This document shows, one piece after another, positions 61,130 to 64,000 of a DNA stretch of 64,000 nt. How positions within the stretch are numbered: position 1 is the stretch's first letter; the number at the start of each line of letters is the position of its first letter. The notes under the pieces were generated by a model. It was given only the letters and a program-made list of their open reading frames with translations, was not told where the DNA came from and made no database searches. The stretch covers positions 83,467,972 through 83,531,971 of the forward strand of contig NC_069364.1 in NCBI RefSeq assembly GCF_021730395.1, written 5' to 3'. Both the position numbers and the translations under genes were made by a program. This stretch comes from Mercenaria mercenaria. Lineage: Eukaryota.

Positions 61130-62100
61130 TTCCCAATCGTGTTATCAAGTTTGAGAGTTCTTGGTCGGGTGGTTCTCAAGATATAATGGGGAAACCGTTT
61201 TCAATGTTCAGATCTATGAGCCTTGAAAACTGTTTCTGCCCAGTAACTGGAGAACCACTTAGCCCAGAACCTTCAAATTTAATAGCCTGACTTGGTTTAG
61301 AAAGTAAATGACCCTTATTATTATTGGTGTTTGTCAATCAAATGTCAAAGTCACGGGGGTTTGAACCTGAAAACCGTTTCCGCTCAATAATTTGAGAATA
61401 ACGTAAGCCAGAACCTCCAAACTTGACAGCACGACTGGGTTTATAAAGCAAATGTCCCCTATTGTTTTAGGGATCAAAAGGCCAACAACTTGAGAACCAC
61501 GTGACCAAGAACCTTCAGGCTTAAGCTGATGGCCCCTATTACATCTTGAAGTCAATAGGTCAAAGTTCAAGGTCACAGAGGCCTGAACATTAAATACGCT
61601 TTCTGTTTAATATCTTGAGAACCACTTGACCCAGGATTTTCAAGCTTGATGACATGATTATGCTAATAAAGGAGATGACCCCTATAGTTTTTATCAGCAA
61701 GTCAAAGGTCACAAGTGCCTGAACCTTGAAAAGTGTTTCTGCACAACTTGCGAACCGCTTGGCATAGAACCTTCAAACTTGATTGCATGATTGGGCATAT
61801 GAAGTAGATTACCCGTATTGTTTTGATGTCAATAGGTCAAAAGTTAAGGTCTAAGGAACTACTTGATCCAGAACCTTCAGTCTTGATAGCATGATTTGGC
61901 TTATAAAGAAGATGACACCTATTGTTTTGAAAGTCAGGAAGTTCAAGATCAGAGGGGCCTAAACCTTCAAAAATCGTTTCCGCTCAATATCTTGAGACTC
62001 ACTTGACCCAGTACCTTCAAACTACGATAGCATGATCTGGCTTGTGAAGTAGATGGCCACTAATGTTTTGGGCGTTAGTAGGTCAAGATCATGGTGATGA
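61130..62100. repeat. About 160-170-bp tandem repeat family, right array, about 6 copies
   Basis: The unit is ..gtcaaaggtcacaagtgcctgaaccttgaaaagtgtttctgcacaacttgcgaaccgcttggcatagaaccttcaaacttgattgcatgattgggcatatgaagtagattacccgtattgttttgatgtcaatag. It sits in intron 1 of the RERG-like gene. Confidence 0.8.
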
Positions 62101-62320
62101 CGTGATCAGGGGGATGGTGGCATTCGTGTTTTACAAACATCTCTTGTTAATTCAGTTTTACTTAAAGGTTGATAATCTTTACTTACGGGATACGTTTCTG
62201 TCCAGATACTCTTGCTTATAAGAGGCTAATACCGAGGAATTCATCCAACAGAAAAAATATGTCGCTGTTGAGATTGTTCTTTGGGGCGTAGTAAAATACT
62301 TTTATGTTTTATCATTTCAG

Positions 62321-62377
62321 CCGTAACAGTGCGATTCTTAACGAAACGTTTTATTGGTGAATACAATTCGGATATAG
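62321..62377 (+). CDS. RERG/RASL-like small GTPase, exon 2 (AVTVRFLTKRFIGEYNSDI)
   Basis: Acceptor atcatttcag and donor ATATAG|GTAAAC. Joined to exon 1 in phase it reads GKSAVTVRFLTKRFIGEY, which is close to the RERG block ALVVRFLTKRFIWEYDP. It includes the switch I region. Confidence 0.65.
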
Positions 62378-62527
62378 GTAAACAAGAAAATAATTGTATA
62401 CTTAATCTTTTTGAACACTGTTAGTATTTTAAATTTACTTTGCTGTTCTAGAGTGTATTATACAAAAGTTTCAAATTTTTAATACGTCATAGTTACGTCA
62501 AAACGTTTTGAGGTTTAACTGAAAATA

Positions 62528-63511
62528 ATGCTGCGTTTACACTTAGCCACGATGTCCACGATTTGAGAGAAGCGTGGTGAGCGTAGGGGTTCGTGGGATC
62601 GAATCGTGGTGATCTTGAGGGAACTTGGTGGAATCGTGATCATTGTAGGGATCGTGACAAAATTTTTGACAGTCAAAAATTTTGCCACGATTACCCCGAT
62701 TTATCTTAAATCTTGAAAGAGCGTGACAGAACGTGGAAATCGTTGTAGAGCTTAACAGACCTTAACGTAGCGCATCAGACCTTGATGCTCCATCGTATGG
62801 GGATCTTGGTGAACTTGGAAACACGATTCTAAGTTCCACTAGATCTGGAGGCATCCTTACATAGTTGACGTTGGAGCCAACATCTTCACGCCTGAGTTCT
62901 GTGTTGAAAAGTGCCTTCGGTTTTCTCTTAACCATGATCTCATCCAACAGGTCTTGTGCCTTCTATTTCTTCTTCTCCTTCCTATCTCTTCTATCCTGCC
63001 CTGTTCCGTCCCTTGTTGCTGCTGCCGACAAGAAACTATTATAGGCATACACGAAAATTGCAAATTCAGCATCTTGTTCAGCTCTTTGATGCATAGCTCG
63101 TTCCTCTTTGGAATCTCTGGAGAGAATGTGAGTGTGACCCTTGCCTCCTATTTATACTCCAATCGTGCTCAAAACGTGACAATCTTGATCAAATCGTGGC
63201 CATAAATCGTAAGAGAGCTTAACAAAACTTGATAACGTGAGGGATCTAAACAGAACTTGACAAAACGTGATAGCATATCGTGGTAATCGTAAGAGAACTT
63301 GAAAGAACGTGATGAAAATCGTGGCGGAGATCGACCAGAATCGTGTTAGCTTCGTAATAAAACGCTGCAGGTAGTAACAAAACGTACTGAGAGCGTAAGA
63401 AAGTGGAGGAAAGCGTAGTAATACAAGATTCGAGCAATAAATCGTGGAGCTCCGAGCTTTTCTTTAAATCGTGGACATCGTGGCTAAGTGTAAACGCAGC
63501 ATAAGCAACGC
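62528..63511. mobile_element. Non-autonomous DNA transposon (MITE-like) with 37-bp perfect TIRs and ATCGTG/CACGAT subterminal repeats
   Basis: The TIR gctgcgtttacacttagccacgatgtccacgattt at 62529-62565 is the exact rc of 63475-63511. The interior carries dozens of aatcgtg, acgtgat and cacgat motifs and no credible ORF. It sits in intron 2 of the RERG-like gene. Confidence 0.7.
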
Positions 63512-63585
63512 AATAAAAGCTCTTGATAATATTGTTGGCCAGCTTCTCCACCCCTCAAAGAGTTTACTGAAAACTGTTTCTAAAG

Positions 63586-63590
<5 letters not shown>

Positions 63591-63632
<42 letters not shown>

Positions 63633-63639
63633 AAAAAAA
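63591..63639. repeat. Homopolymer run of C (32) followed by A (17)
   Basis: Direct reading. Confidence 0.95.
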
Positions 63640-63701
63640 GCAGAATCGTCCTGGTAGTTCAGCGTTTACTATAATTCTATAATTCAGTGTCTTTTTTCCA
63701 G

Positions 63702-63778
63702 ATTTGCTATACCGTTCCAGCATTAAACAAGAAGATTATATTACAGATATAGAAATACTAGATACATGCTCAAAAAAT
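63702..63778 (+). CDS. RERG/RASL-like small GTPase, exon 3 (DLLYRSSIKQEDYITDIEILDTCSKN)
   Basis: Acceptor cttttttccag and donor AAAAAT|GTAAGT. It reads in phase from exon 2 (EYNSDID...) and follows the pattern ..Y......D...V..EILDT. It lies between beta2-beta3 and G3. The gene continues past the window end. Confidence 0.55.
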
Positions 63779-64000
63779 GTAAGTATTTGCTCGGAAAAAT
63801 ATACGGTTAATCTTTATTTCATTTACATGTATATTCAATTGACCATAAAATTATACAAAGTACATATATAATCCGTCCGCCTAAAATTCTATCGTTTGCG
63901 TGGCAAGACTCGAACTCGAGCCTACCTGACTCGGTCCATTTACAATGTATCATCTATCCTTTGATCTCTCAAATCCAGTTCGCTAATTGGTCATATTTAT

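Noticed and set aside
62762-63551. Four overlapping ORFs (61-101 aa) rich in His, Asp and Val
   Set aside because: They are produced by the reiterated ATCGTG/CACGAT motif inside a MITE, not by coding sequence.
1-64000. Prokaryotic-style annotation: operons, RBS, terminators, defence systems
   Set aside because: No ORF exceeds 165 aa. Coding sequence is split into 60-225-bp exons with GT-AG borders. SINEs, LINE RT and satellites dominate. The locus is eukaryotic.

Overview
This is eukaryotic (metazoan) nuclear DNA, not a prokaryotic locus. It is AT-rich, has no long uninterrupted ORFs, and carries spliced exons with canonical GT-AG borders plus tRNA-derived SINEs, MITEs and many satellite arrays. 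The repeat landscape recalls marine invertebrates such as bivalves, but that is only a guess. The supplied six-frame ORFs are mostly spurious; real coding sequence sits in short exons that I found by translating across splice junctions. Main content: (1) a PARP4 / vault-PARP-like gene on the minus strand, running from its start codon at 31850 down to at least 4179. Its exons give the domain order BRCT, WGR-like, PARP regulatory, PARP catalytic, VIT, VWA. (2) The 5' end of a RERG-like small GTPase gene on the plus strand, with three exons from 57854 to past the window end. (3) A degenerate non-LTR retrotransposon on the minus strand, split by a 3.2-kb element with 460-bp inverted termini that begin CACGGTG, flanked by a 5-bp AGTGT duplication. 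I read that as a candidate Transib-like non-autonomous transposon. (4) Several dispersed repeat families: a tRNA-derived SINE in five copies, a second SINE in two copies, one CORE/MIR-like SINE, and two related palindromic MITE families. There are also other MITE, foldback and palindrome structures. (5) Large satellite blocks. One is a 40-bp satellite in three blocks totalling about 5 kb. Others have roughly 62, 100, 145, 160-170 and 160-180 bp monomers, and several are related to each other or to MITE sequence. No CRISPR array and no bacterial-type operon is present.
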